From positions 32,001 through 96,000 of the forward strand of contig CAWAAX010000004.1 in assembly GCA_963780225.1 (NCBI GenBank): a DNA stretch of 64,000 bases. The letters run 5' to 3'. Each line of letters begins with the position of its first letter. Position 1 is the first letter of the stretch. This DNA is from an uncultured bacterium (GTDB lineage: Bacteria; Edwardsbacteria; AC1; EtOH8). Position numbers and translations under genes: made by a program. Of this stretch, positions 9,301-19,869 are shown in pieces. A model generated the notes under the pieces. It saw only the letters and a list, made by a program, of their open reading frames with translations. It was not told where the DNA came from and did no database searches.

Positions 9301-9771
9301 ATGAACATCGAAGAACAGGCCAAGCAGTATTTCAATAACGGATACAACTGCGCCGAGTCGGTGCTATTGTCACTCTGCAGTCAGATGGGATATGATTCCA
9401 AGGAGTATGGGATATGCATACCCCGGATGGCCACCGGATTCGGCGGCGGCATCGCCCGCAATGGTGGCATCTGCGGAGCCCTGTCCGGTGCAATCATGGC
9501 CATCGGTCTTGCCCTGGGACGTGATGAGGCCAAAGAAAGCCGGGACCCCTGTTATCCGGTGGCCGACCAGTTCTACAACGAATTCGTGGAAAGGTTCGGC
9601 CATTCCTCCTGCCGGGAACTGACCGGACTGGACATGAAGAACGAAAATGACCGGAAAAAGTACATGGACGTCATCCACCAGGAGCGGTGCAACCCGATGG
9701 TGGCCTGGTCGGCTATGAGGGTGATGGAGTTGATCGGGGAGCATTCCAAGGGAAACCCGGGGCTGGCCTGA
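9301..9771 (+). CDS. C-GCAxxG-C-C family putative redox protein
   Basis: GYNCAESV, GFGGG, ICGALSG, CRELTG, C-terminal Cys. Confidence 0.88.
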   Translation: MNIEEQAKQYFNNGYNCAESVLLSLCSQMGYDSKEYGICIPRMATGFGGGIARNGGICGALSGAIMAIGLALGRDEAKESRDPCYPVADQFYNEFVERFGHSSCRELTGLDMKNENDRKKYMDVIHQERCNPMVAWSAMRVMELIGEHSKGNPGLA

Positions 9772-9837
9772 ATTCTTTTATTAAAGAAACATCCCGGGGG
9801 CGTTCTGACAAAGCGGCCCCTTTATTTATTTACTGAT

Positions 9838-11601
9838 ATGAGCCATTTACCTACCACCAAAAAAGAAATGCAAGCCCTGGGCTGGGATCAATGCGATGTG
9901 ATCCTGGTCACCGGCGATGCCTATGTGGACCACCCTTCGTTCGGCGCGGCGGTGATTGGGCGGGTGCTGGAGGATCAGGGTTTTAAGGTGGGCATCATCG
10001 CCCAGCCGGACTGGCGCAGCCCAGCTGATGTCACCCGGCTCGGCCAGCCCCGGCTGTTCTTCGGGGTCACCTCCGGGAACATAGACAGCATGCTGCACCA
10101 TTACACCGCCAACAAAAAACTGCGGCACGACGACCCCTATTCCCCCGGCGGCCGCCACGGCCTGCGCCCCAACCGGGCGGTGATAGTCTACTCCAACCTG
10201 ATCCGCCAGGCATACAGGGATGTTCCGATCGTTTTAGGCGGGATAGAGGCCTCCCTGCGCCGGCTGGCCCACTATGATTACTGGGACGATGCGGTGCGGC
10301 GCTCCATCCTGTTCGACGCCAAGGCAGATATGCTGGTCTACGGGATGGGGGAGCGAGCAATCTGCAGGATTGCTGAAGTGATAAATGCAAAATGCAAATT
10401 GCAGAATGAAGATTTGTGGAACGTGCCGGGAACAGCGGTCATAGTCAGAACCTCTGAACTTCCGAAGTTCGGACCTTCGGAATATGCCGAGCTGCCGTCG
10501 TTTGAGGAAGTGTCAAGTTCAAAGGAAGCATTCAACCAGGCTTTCGTCATTGCGTCCAGCGAGGCCAATCCGCATTTTGGCAAAAGGCTGCTGCAAAAGC
10601 ACGGGGATCGGTACCTGTTGGTAAATCCCCCGGCCATGCCTTTGGGTCCCGAAGAGCTGGACGCGGTATATTCCCTGCCATATCAGCGCCAAGCCCATCC
10701 TTCATATAAAGAACCGGTCCCGGCGCTGGAGACGGTCAAATGGTCCATCACCTCGCACCGGGGCTGTTACGGAGGCTGCAGCTTCTGCACCCTGTATTTT
10801 CATCAGGGCCCGGTCATCCAGTCGCGCAGTCCGGAATCGATCGTGAACGAAATAAAACTTCTGGCCGGGGACCAAAATTTCAAGGGCGTCATCAGCGACA
10901 TCGGCGGGCCGACCGCCAACATGTACGGCACCGGGTGCAAAGCCGACGGGCGGGAGAAATTCTGCCGGAAGCCCAGCTGCCTGGCCCCGCAGATCTGCGA
11001 AAACCTGAAGCCGGGCCAGCATCCCAGCGTCAAGCTCTGGCACGAAGCATTGAAAGTGCCGGGAATGCGGAAGGTCTTCGTGGCCTCCGGGGTGCGCTAC
11101 GATCTGGCGCTGCACGACCGTAAATATCTGAAGGAACTGATACAGGAGCACACCGGGGGGCACCTTAAGGTCGCCCCGGAACACTGCTCGTCTTTCGTCC
11201 TGAAACAGATGAACAAGCCGGGCATCAATACTTTCGTAGAATTCCTGGAGATCTTCCGGCGGCTGAGCAGGCGGGAGCAGTATCTGGTGCCGTATCTGAT
11301 TTCCAGCCACCCGGGCTGCAAGTATGATGATATGCTGGAACTAAATCGCTTCCTTAAAAAGAACGGCCTGGCCGTGGAGCAGGTCCAGGATTTTATCCCT
11401 CTGCCCATGACGGCCTCGGCCGCCATGTATCACACCGGAAAAAATCCCTATACCGATGAAGACCTTTTCGTCGAGCGGGCTGCGGCCGGGAAGCTGAAAC
11501 AGCGGTATGCGCTGGATGCCAACCAGAACGAAGGATGGGAAGGGGCTGGAGATTATGAAAGAAAACGCCAGCCCGGCAAACACATTAAGAGGCAACCATG
11601 A
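9838..11601 (+). CDS. ygiQ: YgiQ-family radical SAM protein
   Basis: [37 protein letters not shown]. Confidence 0.93.
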   Translation: MSHLPTTKKEMQALGWDQCDVILVTGDAYVDHPSFGAAVIGRVLEDQGFKVGIIAQPDWRSPADVTRLGQPRLFFGVTSGNIDSMLHHYTANKKLRHDDPYSPGGRHGLRPNRAVIVYSNLIRQAYRDVPIVLGGIEASLRRLAHYDYWDDAVRRSILFDAKADMLVYGMGERAICRIAEVINAKCKLQNEDLWNVPGTAVIVRTSELPKFGPSEYAELPSFEEVSSSKEAFNQAFVIASSEANPHFGKRLLQKHGDRYLLVNPPAMPLGPEELDAVYSLPYQRQAHPSYKEPVPALETVKWSITSHRGCYGGCSFCTLYFHQGPVIQSRSPESIVNEIKLLAGDQNFKGVISDIGGPTANMYGTGCKADGREKFCRKPSCLAPQICENLKPGQHPSVKLWHEALKVPGMRKVFVASGVRYDLALHDRKYLKELIQEHTGGHLKVAPEHCSSFVLKQMNKPGINTFVEFLEIFRRLSRREQYLVPYLISSHPGCKYDDMLELNRFLKKNGLAVEQVQDFIPLPMTASAAMYHTGKNPYTDEDLFVERAAAGKLKQRYALDANQNEGWEGAGDYERKRQPGKHIKRQP

Positions 11602-12548
11602 GAAAGCCAGCCAAAAACAAATGGGCCAAAGGGTGGTACAAGAAGGCGATCATTGAAGAGCGAAAATTTTTATGGGAGCCTGAATATGTGGCACTGCTGG
11701 CCAAATGGGCCGGTTTTAAGCAAGGCCAGACGGTAGTTGATGTGGGCTGCGGCCTGGGATATCTGGGAACGTTATATTGGCCACATTTCGGCAAGGGTGG
11801 CAAATATTACGGAGTGGACATAAGTCCCAAACTGATAACTGAGGCAAAAAAACTATCGCCAAACTGGGCCAAGGGCGGCACTGCCGAATACAAAGTAGGG
11901 GATGCATATAATCTTCCGTATCCCGACAATTATGCCGATGTGGTGATGTGTCAAACCTTGTTGATGCATCTATCCGATCAACAGAAGGCCGTAAATGAGA
12001 TGTTTCGCATATTAAAGCCGGGTGGGGTAGTGCTTTGCAAGGAGCCGGATCATTTGTCAATGGCTTTGCAACGCGGGGTATCTTCATTGCCGGATATACC
12101 AGTCGAGGATAATCTGTTTTTTCGTAAAATGTCATACATTTGCGCCAAAGGCAGGGAAGAATTGGGGCTGGGCATTTCGGATACGGCCCCCCATGTTCCT
12201 TTGTGGATGAAAGAGGCCGGCTTCAAGGGTATCGACGCAAAGATGAGCAGTCAGCCGTTTTTTATGATACCCCCATATGAAACGCCAAAGCAGAAGTATG
12301 ATATCAGCTGGTGGAAGGAATCGGTTCGCAGCAGCGAAAAACCAAGTGAGAAGAAAAGGGAAAGAGATAATTATAAAAAAACATTTTTTGCCGGCGGCGG
12401 AACCCAGTCTGATTATAATAGATATTTGACATTACTTAAAAAATACCGCGCAAGAAAAAAGGCATATATACAGCAATTAAACAACGGCACATATTATTTA
12501 TTTTCCGCCAAACAATTTTTTGTCATCAAAGGATGTAAGCCAAAATAG
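11598..12548 (+). CDS. Class I SAM-dependent methyltransferase
   Basis: [29 protein letters not shown]; lower GC. Confidence 0.88.
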   Translation: MRKPAKNKWAKGWYKKAIIEERKFLWEPEYVALLAKWAGFKQGQTVVDVGCGLGYLGTLYWPHFGKGGKYYGVDISPKLITEAKKLSPNWAKGGTAEYKVGDAYNLPYPDNYADVVMCQTLLMHLSDQQKAVNEMFRILKPGGVVLCKEPDHLSMALQRGVSSLPDIPVEDNLFFRKMSYICAKGREELGLGISDTAPHVPLWMKEAGFKGIDAKMSSQPFFMIPPYETPKQKYDISWWKESVRSSEKPSEKKRERDNYKKTFFAGGGTQSDYNRYLTLLKKYRARKKAYIQQLNNGTYYLFSAKQFFVIKGCKPK

Positions 12549-12610
12549 AGGATCCTTTGGCAATACTATAATCGGGAAAAGACAACAAACTTTAAAAGGA
12601 AGTAGGCTTT

Positions 12611-14659
12611 ATGACTGTCAAAACGCCTGTAATAATGTTGCTGTTACTTGTTATGGCATCAGTTTCCCTTGCCCAAGCCCCCAGCCTCCGGTCGGTCCGG
12701 ATCGAACAGGCTCCTGTTTTAGACGGCAGCCTCAGCGATCCCTGCTGGCAAAATGCGGCCATGGTCACTGATTTTATGATGGTGGAACCTAATCCGGACG
12801 CCCCGGTCACTCAGCCTACCAAAGCATATGTCTGCTATGATGAGCAAAATCTCTACCTGGCCGCTTATATGTACGAGGACAAGCCGGACCAGATGCAGGC
12901 CGCCTGCAACCAGAGGGACGGGGCTGTTTATTTCGATGACTGTCTGGAAGTGACCATAGACACATACAACGACAAGAACAATGCCTACTATTTCGCGGTC
13001 AATCCCCAAAGCACCCGCCTCGATGGACGGATCATCGATGAAGGGCGAACGGTAGACGTCAACTGGGACTGCCAGTGGCAGGCCCGGGCCGGCCGCGATT
13101 CCCTGGGATGGGTGTTGGAAATGGTCATCCCTTTTTCCGAGTTGCGGTACAACAAGGCAGATTCCATGACCTGGGGCATCAACTTTTACAGGGTGGAAAG
13201 GCCCCATTGGGAAACCTCCAGCTGGTCGCCGCTAAAGAAATGGAGCCATGTCTCCCAGTACGGTTCTTTGACCGGATTGACAATCGATCCCCAGATCAAA
13301 AGGTTCGAGCTTCTGCCGTTCGGTCTGGCCCAGTACCAGCACCGTACTGATTCTTTGGAATTCAACGCCGGGTTGGACCTTAAATACAGCATCACATCCG
13401 ATCTGAATTTTAATGCCACCTATCTGCCCGATTTCGGGCAGATAGAGGCTGACCCCTTCCAGTTCAACCTGTCCTATAACCAATGGCAGGAGCTGTACCT
13501 GGCCGAGAAGAGGCCTTTCTTCATGGAGGGGTCCAGCATTCTTTACACCCCGCTCAAGCTTTTCTACACCCGCCGGATGAACCAGATAGAGGCCGGAGCC
13601 AAGATTTACGGCAAGATAGGCCGGGCCGAACTGCTGTGCCTGGATGTCCAGACCAGCGATACCAAGGACAATTATTCCCTGGTGCGTCTCAAATATCCGA
13701 CCTGGGGGCAGAGCGTGCTGGGGATCACTGCCACCAACAAGCAGAACGACAGCGTATATGGCCGGGCCGGAGGGCTGGACCTGAACGTACCCATCCATGG
13801 TCCGTTAAAACTGACGATGCAGGCCGCTAAGTCAGCCAACACCGGCATCAGCGGGGATGACTGGGCTGGGGTGGCCGATCTTAAATGGGAAACGGGCATC
13901 GACTATTACGACCTCAAATTAAGCAGGATAGGCCAGGAATTCTGGGTGCCCCAGGGTTTCATCAGCTTTTATGACATTGACCGGTGGGGCCTTTATGCCG
14001 AAGGCTACCGCAAATTTGCCTTGAGCGGGGCCTTTCAATACGTTGATGCCGGTGCAGTGATAAACCACAAACAGGAGATCGGGGGAAGAATTACTTACTT
14101 AGGAACTGGATTGGGAACCAATCTGGTCACGTCGTCCAAGATCCGTTTTGGAGTTAGTGCCAGCAGTAATTATGAACGTTACGGCGATGAAGAATTCTTC
14201 AACCGGCAGGCAGGCGCTGAGTTCGAAACCAATGTCAATGGCCAGACCGGGATCGCCAATTCTTTTTATATGGGGTGGAAGTACGGGCAGAATTTCCGGG
14301 AGAACATCACCCTCATTGCCTTTGTTCCCTATCCAAAAATATCGGTGATCCCGTCCATTGTAGCGGTCAAATGGGGCCAAAGCAAATGGGAGTGGGTCTC
14401 CAATACCAGTATCTCTTACCAGGTCACCCAAAAATTGTTCACCCGGGCGTACATTCAGACCAGCACCCGGATAGCCATGCCAGCCGAAAGTCCTTTCCAG
14501 GTGGAAGCGGTAGAGGCCCTCAACTCCAATATTCTTCTGGGATACGAAGTCAACCCGGGCTCGATGTTCTATCTGGCCTACAATCACCCCCGCAATTTGA
14601 TCACCAAAGAGTTCGACCACTATTTCATGGCCAAGCTTAGCTATTCACTCAGGTTTTAA
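12611..14659 (+). CDS. Secreted CBM9-like / DUF5916-type outer-membrane protein
   Basis: Signal peptide, APVLDG.L.DPCW, EMVIPFSELRY, PDFGQIEAD, EKRPFFMEG, C-terminal Phe. Confidence 0.8.
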   Translation: MTVKTPVIMLLLLVMASVSLAQAPSLRSVRIEQAPVLDGSLSDPCWQNAAMVTDFMMVEPNPDAPVTQPTKAYVCYDEQNLYLAAYMYEDKPDQMQAACNQRDGAVYFDDCLEVTIDTYNDKNNAYYFAVNPQSTRLDGRIIDEGRTVDVNWDCQWQARAGRDSLGWVLEMVIPFSELRYNKADSMTWGINFYRVERPHWETSSWSPLKKWSHVSQYGSLTGLTIDPQIKRFELLPFGLAQYQHRTDSLEFNAGLDLKYSITSDLNFNATYLPDFGQIEADPFQFNLSYNQWQELYLAEKRPFFMEGSSILYTPLKLFYTRRMNQIEAGAKIYGKIGRAELLCLDVQTSDTKDNYSLVRLKYPTWGQSVLGITATNKQNDSVYGRAGGLDLNVPIHGPLKLTMQAAKSANTGISGDDWAGVADLKWETGIDYYDLKLSRIGQEFWVPQGFISFYDIDRWGLYAEGYRKFALSGAFQYVDAGAVINHKQEIGGRITYLGTGLGTNLVTSSKIRFGVSASSNYERYGDEEFFNRQAGAEFETNVNGQTGIANSFYMGWKYGQNFRENITLIAFVPYPKISVIPSIVAVKWGQSKWEWVSNTSISYQVTQKLFTRAYIQTSTRIAMPAESPFQVEAVEALNSNILLGYEVNPGSMFYLAYNHPRNLITKEFDHYFMAKLSYSLRF

Positions 14660-14684
14660 CTCAAAGAGGAACAAAGGGAGTATC

Positions 14685-15935
14685 ATGGGAGAACAAAAGC
14701 CCCCTTCTTTGTGGAACCGCAATTTCCTCCTCCTCTGGCAGGGACAGCTGGTCTCCTCGCTGGGCGACAATTTTTACGCCATCGCCCTGGGTTTCTGGGT
14801 GCTGGAGAAGACAGGCTCCACCGGCCTGATGGGGACACTGATGGCCGTCTCCACTTTACCCCGGGTGCTGATCTCCCCCTTCGCCGGGGTGTGGGTGGAC
14901 CGGACCGAGCGCAGACGGTTGCTAATAGCCATGGATATGGTCCGGGGACTGGCCTCGGCCGGGGTGGGACTGGCGGCCTGGGCCGGGATGCTGGAGATTT
15001 GGATGGTCTTCGCCGCAGGCATAGTCCTAAGCATCTGCGGGTCGTTCTTCGGCCCGGCGGTCAGCTCGGCCATCCCGGACATCGTGCCGCCGGAACAGAT
15101 CGTCCAGGCCAACTCGGTTTTCAGCCTGGCCTACAACGGCACCAGCATCATCGGCACGGCGGGCGGCGGCTTTTTGTACCAAGCGCTCAAAGCGCCGCTG
15201 ATGTTCCTGTTCGACGGGTTCTCCTACATCTTCTCGGCGGCGGCCATACTGTTCATGAAGATCCCGGCCGTCAAGCACCAGTCCCAGAAGCTGAGTTTCT
15301 TTCAGGACATGAAGGGCGGGCTGATGTTCGTCAAAAGGTTCAAAGGACTTAAATATTCTTTCCTGATCTTCGGGGTGCTCAACTTTTTTGCCAATATGGG
15401 TTTCTTCCTTGTGCTCCCTTTGTTCCAGAAGACGCCATTCCTCGGCGCCGCCAAATACGGGATAGTGATGGGGATCCTGACGGCCGGTTCTTTTGCCGGG
15501 TACCTTTTGACCTCCGTCATAAAAATTGCCATAAATAGAAGATTCACGATCTTTTATTTGGGAGCCTTGATGAGCGCGGCCAGCATGGCTCTGCTTCCGG
15601 CCTATCTGAACATGGTCTATATGTCGGTAATGGCAGCTTTGATCGGCCTGTCGCTGGCCGTGGTCAACGCTTTGATCAGTGCGGTGATGCAGATCACAGT
15701 ACCGGCCGAGATGCGGGGCAAGGTTTTTGGCTTGCTGGGCACCATGGCCGGCAGCTTGACTCCGGTGGCTATGGCAGCCGGCGGCTGGCTGGGCGAGGTC
15801 TTCCCCTTGCGCCCGCTGATGACAGGATGTTTCATCCTAACCTTCGGTGTCTTTTTTGTGCTGATATTCGTGCCTTCTATCATCAGGTTCTTCAACTTCG
15901 ATCCGGCCCGGCAGAAACTGGAGGAGATAATGTGA
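14685..15935 (+). CDS. MFS transporter (macrolide-efflux/DHA3-like)
   Basis: NRNFLLLWQGQLVS, AGVWVDRTERR, VPAEMRGKVFG; about 12 TM. Confidence 0.88.
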   Translation: MGEQKPPSLWNRNFLLLWQGQLVSSLGDNFYAIALGFWVLEKTGSTGLMGTLMAVSTLPRVLISPFAGVWVDRTERRRLLIAMDMVRGLASAGVGLAAWAGMLEIWMVFAAGIVLSICGSFFGPAVSSAIPDIVPPEQIVQANSVFSLAYNGTSIIGTAGGGFLYQALKAPLMFLFDGFSYIFSAAAILFMKIPAVKHQSQKLSFFQDMKGGLMFVKRFKGLKYSFLIFGVLNFFANMGFFLVLPLFQKTPFLGAAKYGIVMGILTAGSFAGYLLTSVIKIAINRRFTIFYLGALMSAASMALLPAYLNMVYMSVMAALIGLSLAVVNALISAVMQITVPAEMRGKVFGLLGTMAGSLTPVAMAAGGWLGEVFPLRPLMTGCFILTFGVFFVLIFVPSIIRFFNFDPARQKLEEIM

Positions 15936-16008
15936 GGCCATTCCCGCCCTACAGCTAAGTATGGAGTAAATCCCATTAAATTAAAACAGATTCTGCTAAA
16001 ACATCCTC

Positions 16009-17442
16009 ATGTACCTTTCTTCGGAAATAATAACCGCCATCAACTCCGCCGGCCGGCTTTACGAGGTGGGCGGGGCGGTGCGCGACCGCATCCACTTTGC
16101 CCTGGATGCTTCGGGGAACTTAGACCCGAAGCGCTTTTCCCAATTCCAGCCGGACGAGGTGGATTACCTGGTCACCGGCATCCCGATGAACGAGCTCGCC
16201 GGGCTGCTCAAACGATTCGGCCGGGTGGAACTGGTGGGGCGATCCTTCGGAGTACTCAAATTCAAAGTGCAACCCTTCGGCCCCGCTCAGGGCAAGAATT
16301 CAAACTCCAAAGTGAAAACCTTTGACATTGCGCTGCCGCGCCGGGAGCAAAGCACCGGGCCGGGGCACAGGGAGTTTGCGGTGGAGTATGATCCCGATAT
16401 TCCGGTGGAGCAGGACCTGGGGCGGAGGGACTTTACCGTCAATGCCATGGCGCTGCAAATTAAAAAATCAGAAGGCAGAAGGCAAAATTTGGAACTGACA
16501 GACCCTTGTGGTGGAGTTGAAGACATCAGAAACAAGTTGATCCGGATGGTCTCGCCAAACGCCTTTGCCGAGGACCCACTGCGGATGATGCGGGCTTGCC
16601 AGTTTGCCGCCAGGCTCCAGTTCTCGGTCGAGGAAAAGACCTTCAAGGCCGTCAAAAAGAACGCCAAACTTATCTCCACGGTTTCCCCGGAAAGGGTGCA
16701 GCAGGAACTGAACAAGCTGCTGCTGTCCGATCAGCCGTCCATCGGCCTCTGGCTGATGCAGCGCAGCGGCCTGCTCAAGGTACTGCTGCCCGAGCTGGAG
16801 CAGGGGGTGGACGTCACCCAGCCCGGGGGCTTTCACCGCTACAAGGTCTTTGAACACTCAATCAAGACGGCGGATTTTGCGCCTAAAACTTTGGAACTGC
16901 GTTTGGCGGCCCTGTTGCACGACGCGGCCAAACCCCAATGCCGGGAGGTCGTGGAAGGCGGGGCCCATTTTTACGGCCACGACAAGCTGGGGGCAAAAAT
17001 GGCCGGGGAGATTTTGGCCCAGTTGAAATACTCCAGCCAGATCACCTCCCGGGTCACCGGGCTTGTCGCCAAGCACATGTTCGCCGTGCCGGAGACCGGC
17101 AAGGGATTAAGGCGGCTGATATCCAAGACCGGCCTGGAGGGCCTGGACGACTTGATAGAGCTGCGCCGGGCCGACATCCTGGCCCAGGGGATGGAGGGTG
17201 ATACGAGTTACCTGGAGTCCTTCAAACAGGCAGTGAAAGAGGAGCTCGGCAAAAAGCCGGCTTTTTCCATCAAGGACCTGAAAGTAGACGGGAACGACCT
17301 GATGAAGGAACTGGGCCTTGCTCCGGGGCCGGAAATGGGGCGGATATTGAAGCGCCTTTTTGAAATGGTGCTGGAAACCCCAAAAAACAACCGCAAAACC
17401 TATCTTTTAAAAGAAGCCCGGCGGCTGGCCGGCCAACCTTGA
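16009..17442 (+). CDS. cca: CCA tRNA nucleotidyltransferase / poly(A) polymerase family with HD domain
   Basis: VGGAVRD, EVDYL, DLGRRDFTVNAMA, EDPLRMMRA, LLHDAAK. Confidence 0.88.
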   Translation: MYLSSEIITAINSAGRLYEVGGAVRDRIHFALDASGNLDPKRFSQFQPDEVDYLVTGIPMNELAGLLKRFGRVELVGRSFGVLKFKVQPFGPAQGKNSNSKVKTFDIALPRREQSTGPGHREFAVEYDPDIPVEQDLGRRDFTVNAMALQIKKSEGRRQNLELTDPCGGVEDIRNKLIRMVSPNAFAEDPLRMMRACQFAARLQFSVEEKTFKAVKKNAKLISTVSPERVQQELNKLLLSDQPSIGLWLMQRSGLLKVLLPELEQGVDVTQPGGFHRYKVFEHSIKTADFAPKTLELRLAALLHDAAKPQCREVVEGGAHFYGHDKLGAKMAGEILAQLKYSSQITSRVTGLVAKHMFAVPETGKGLRRLISKTGLEGLDDLIELRRADILAQGMEGDTSYLESFKQAVKEELGKKPAFSIKDLKVDGNDLMKELGLAPGPEMGRILKRLFEMVLETPKNNRKTYLLKEARRLAGQP

Positions 17443-17467
17443 CGCTGGCGGTTATATTTGTTATAAT
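17439..17467 (+). promoter_or_regulatory. sigma70 promoter of tRNA-Leu-tig-clpP
   Basis: TTGACG-17 nt-TATAAT. Confidence 0.75.
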
Positions 17468-17500
17468 TACTTTTTGTATCCCCCGGTTTTTTCAAGGTTT

Positions 17501-17587
17501 GCGAGGGTGGCGGAACTGGCAGACGCGCCAGACTTAGGATCTGGTGCCGTAAAAGGCATGGGGGTTCAAATCCCCCCCTTCGCACCA
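17501..17587 (+). tRNA. tRNA-Leu (anticodon TAG)
   Basis: GCGAGGG/CCTTCGC acceptor, CCAGA-CTTAGGA-TCTGG anticodon arm, long variable arm, GGTTCAAATCC, CCA. Confidence 0.96.
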
Positions 17588-17602
17588 AAAGGGTAACTAT
17601 AA

Positions 17603-17729
17603 TGTCATTCTGAGAAATACTTTCTGGTTTCGGCCCTCGAAGAATCCGGCCCATTTCAAAGAGATCCTTCGGACAGCCAATGATGGAGCCGGGTATTTCG
17701 ATTAACTCAATGCGCCGCTCAGGATGACA
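17603..17729. repeat. MITE/REP-like element with terminal inverted repeats
   Basis: TGTCATTCTGAG ... CTCAGGATGACA (11/12 inverted match). Confidence 0.7.
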
Positions 17730-17754
17730 CAGAATAATCATAAAAGGAGACATT

Positions 17755-19062
17755 TTGAAGGTCGAGTTAAAGGAACCAAAGGTTTGGCAGCGTGTTTTTG
17801 AGATCGAGGTGCCGGGCGAGCAGGTCAAGGCCGCCATCGAAGAACTTTATCTGGATTACAGCCGCAATGCCAAGATCCCGGGATTCCGCCCGGGCAAGGT
17901 CCCGCGTACTGTGCTGGAGGCCCGTTTTGGCAAGGGCATCGAGGCCGAGGCCATCGAGCGGCTGGTGCCGGAGTCCTACGAAAAGGCTTTGGCGGACCAC
18001 AAGATCGTGCCCATCAACCGGGCCGAGATCTCGGACCTGGACTTTACCGCCGACCGGAGCATCAAGTTCAAGGCCACTTTTGAAGTGCTGCCCCCGGTTG
18101 CCATCAAGCAGTACAAGGGCCTGCCAGCCACCAAGCGCCTGCGCAAGATATCCGGCCTGGACGTGGACCGGGAGATAGAATACCTGCAGGGCCTGTATGC
18201 CGAATACAAGCAGACCGAAAATCCGGCTAAGGACGGCGACCGTCTGATCATAGATTTTGTGCCGGTTTCCGGTCTGGACAACCCCGAAAAATCCAAGGGC
18301 GAGAATTACCCGGTGGATCTGGGCACGCCCCAGGTGCTGCCGGAGTTCAATAAGAATCTGGCCGGGACCAAAGCCGGGGTTATAAAGGATATCACCGTCA
18401 AATACCCCAACGATTACCAGGGCGGCGGATTGGCCGGCAAGGAAGCGGTGTTCAAGGTCACTGTCAAGGAAGTGCAGGAGAAGCACCTGCCGGCCCTGGA
18501 TGACGAGTTTGCCAAAAAAGTCAGCGAGTACCAGACCATAACCGAACTGAAGGAAAAGATCAAGAACGGGCTGGAATCCCGCTCCAACGCCGAGGCCGCC
18601 GAGGGGGTAAGAGTGCAGGTGCTGCAGAAGATGATAGATGACAACCCGCTGGAACTGCCTCAGTCGCTGGTCAAGAGTGAACTGGAGAAGATGGTGGCCG
18701 AGGCCAAGGAGCGTCACCACCACCAGCACAAGCATAAGGACGGTCAGGAATGCCAGGACTGCCCCGATGACGCCAAGCTGAAGGAGCAGTACCAGCCCAT
18801 AGCCGAGTGGAAGATCAAAGAGGAACTGCTGCTGGCCGAGGTGGCCCGGCAGGAGAAGATAGAAGTTTCGGAGGCCGAGTTGGAAGAGTCCTACGCCGAC
18901 CTGGCCCGCTATTACCGCAAAACAACCGGGGAGATCAAGGCCACCTTCAGTTCCAGCCAGGACCGGCTGGACGACCTGAAGGACAGGATAGCAGTGACCA
19001 AGGCCGGCAAGCTGGTAGCCGAAGCGGCCGCGGTCAAGGAAGAGTTCATCGAAAATAAGTAA
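17755..19062 (+). CDS. tig: Trigger factor
   Basis: IPGFRPGKVP ribosome-binding motif, FKBP-like domain, LDDEFAK; AGGAG RBS with TTG start. Confidence 0.95.
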   Translation: MKVELKEPKVWQRVFEIEVPGEQVKAAIEELYLDYSRNAKIPGFRPGKVPRTVLEARFGKGIEAEAIERLVPESYEKALADHKIVPINRAEISDLDFTADRSIKFKATFEVLPPVAIKQYKGLPATKRLRKISGLDVDREIEYLQGLYAEYKQTENPAKDGDRLIIDFVPVSGLDNPEKSKGENYPVDLGTPQVLPEFNKNLAGTKAGVIKDITVKYPNDYQGGGLAGKEAVFKVTVKEVQEKHLPALDDEFAKKVSEYQTITELKEKIKNGLESRSNAEAAEGVRVQVLQKMIDDNPLELPQSLVKSELEKMVAEAKERHHHQHKHKDGQECQDCPDDAKLKEQYQPIAEWKIKEELLLAEVARQEKIEVSEAELEESYADLARYYRKTTGEIKATFSSSQDRLDDLKDRIAVTKAGKLVAEAAAVKEEFIENK

Positions 19063-19162
19063 ACTTTGCCACAGAGACACAGAGACACGGAGATTGATTT
19101 TAATCTCGTTGCTTTTTCCGGCTAACGTTTCACTGGGAAATTATTATTAAGGGAGCGTATTT

Positions 19163-19774
19163 ATGAGTCTGGTACCATTTGTGATCGAGCAGAGCGGCCG
19201 CGGCGAGAGGGCCTACGACATTTATTCCCGGCTGCTAAAGGACCGGATCATCTTCATCGGTTCGCCCATCGACGACACCGTGGCCAACCTGATCATCGCC
19301 CAGCTGCTTTTCCTGGAGGCCGAGGACCCGGAAAAGGACATCCAGTTCTACATCAATTCCCCCGGGGGCTCGGTCACTTCGGGCATGGCCATCTACGACA
19401 CCATCCAGTACATCAAGTCCGACGTGGTCACCATCTGCATGGGGATGGCCGCCAGCCTGGGGGCCCTGCTTTTAGCCGCCGGAGCCAAGGGCAAGCGCTT
19501 TGCCTTGCCCAATTCCCGGATCATGATCCACCAGCCGCTGGGCGGCGTCCAAGGCCAGGCCACCGACATCGACATCCACGCCAAGGAGATCCTTTTGATC
19601 CGGGAGAAGCTGAATGGCATTCTGGCCAGCCACACCGGGCAGTCGGTGGAGCGGATCGCCAAGGATACCGACCGGAATTTCTGGATGTCGTCCGACGAGG
19701 CCAAGGAATACGGGATCATAGACGACATCATGAAAACCAGGATCCATGCCTTGAAGAACGAAGAGAAAAAGTAA
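19163..19774 (+). CDS. clpP: ATP-dependent Clp protease proteolytic subunit
   Basis: [31 protein letters not shown]. Confidence 0.97.
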   Translation: MSLVPFVIEQSGRGERAYDIYSRLLKDRIIFIGSPIDDTVANLIIAQLLFLEAEDPEKDIQFYINSPGGSVTSGMAIYDTIQYIKSDVVTICMGMAASLGALLLAAGAKGKRFALPNSRIMIHQPLGGVQGQATDIDIHAKEILLIREKLNGILASHTGQSVERIAKDTDRNFWMSSDEAKEYGIIDDIMKTRIHALKNEEKK

Positions 19775-19791
19775 ACTGTTCCAAAACTATA

Positions 19792-19830
19792 AAAGCCGTC
19801 CCGCTGTCCAGCGGGGCGGCTTTGTTTTAT
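19792..19830 (+). terminator. Intrinsic terminator after clpP
   Basis: AAAGCCGTCCCGCTG-TC-CAGCGGGGCGGCTTT then T-rich run. Confidence 0.8.
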
Positions 19831-19869
19831 TCTTGCTTTTGAGCATTCAGCGTTGTAAAATACTAATCT

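Noticed and set aside
9301..9771. Selenoprotein form of the C-GCAxxG-C-C protein
   Set aside because: All motif positions are ordinary Cys codons; no in-frame TGA.
17767..19080. Long antisense or alternative-frame ORFs (also 155-1096, 7568-8776, 25626-26810, 32083-33093)
   Set aside because: Shadows of GC-rich codon usage opposite clearly identified genes.
19163..19830. Absence of clpX after tig-clpP as a novelty
   Set aside because: clpX may lie elsewhere; this cannot be assessed from the window.
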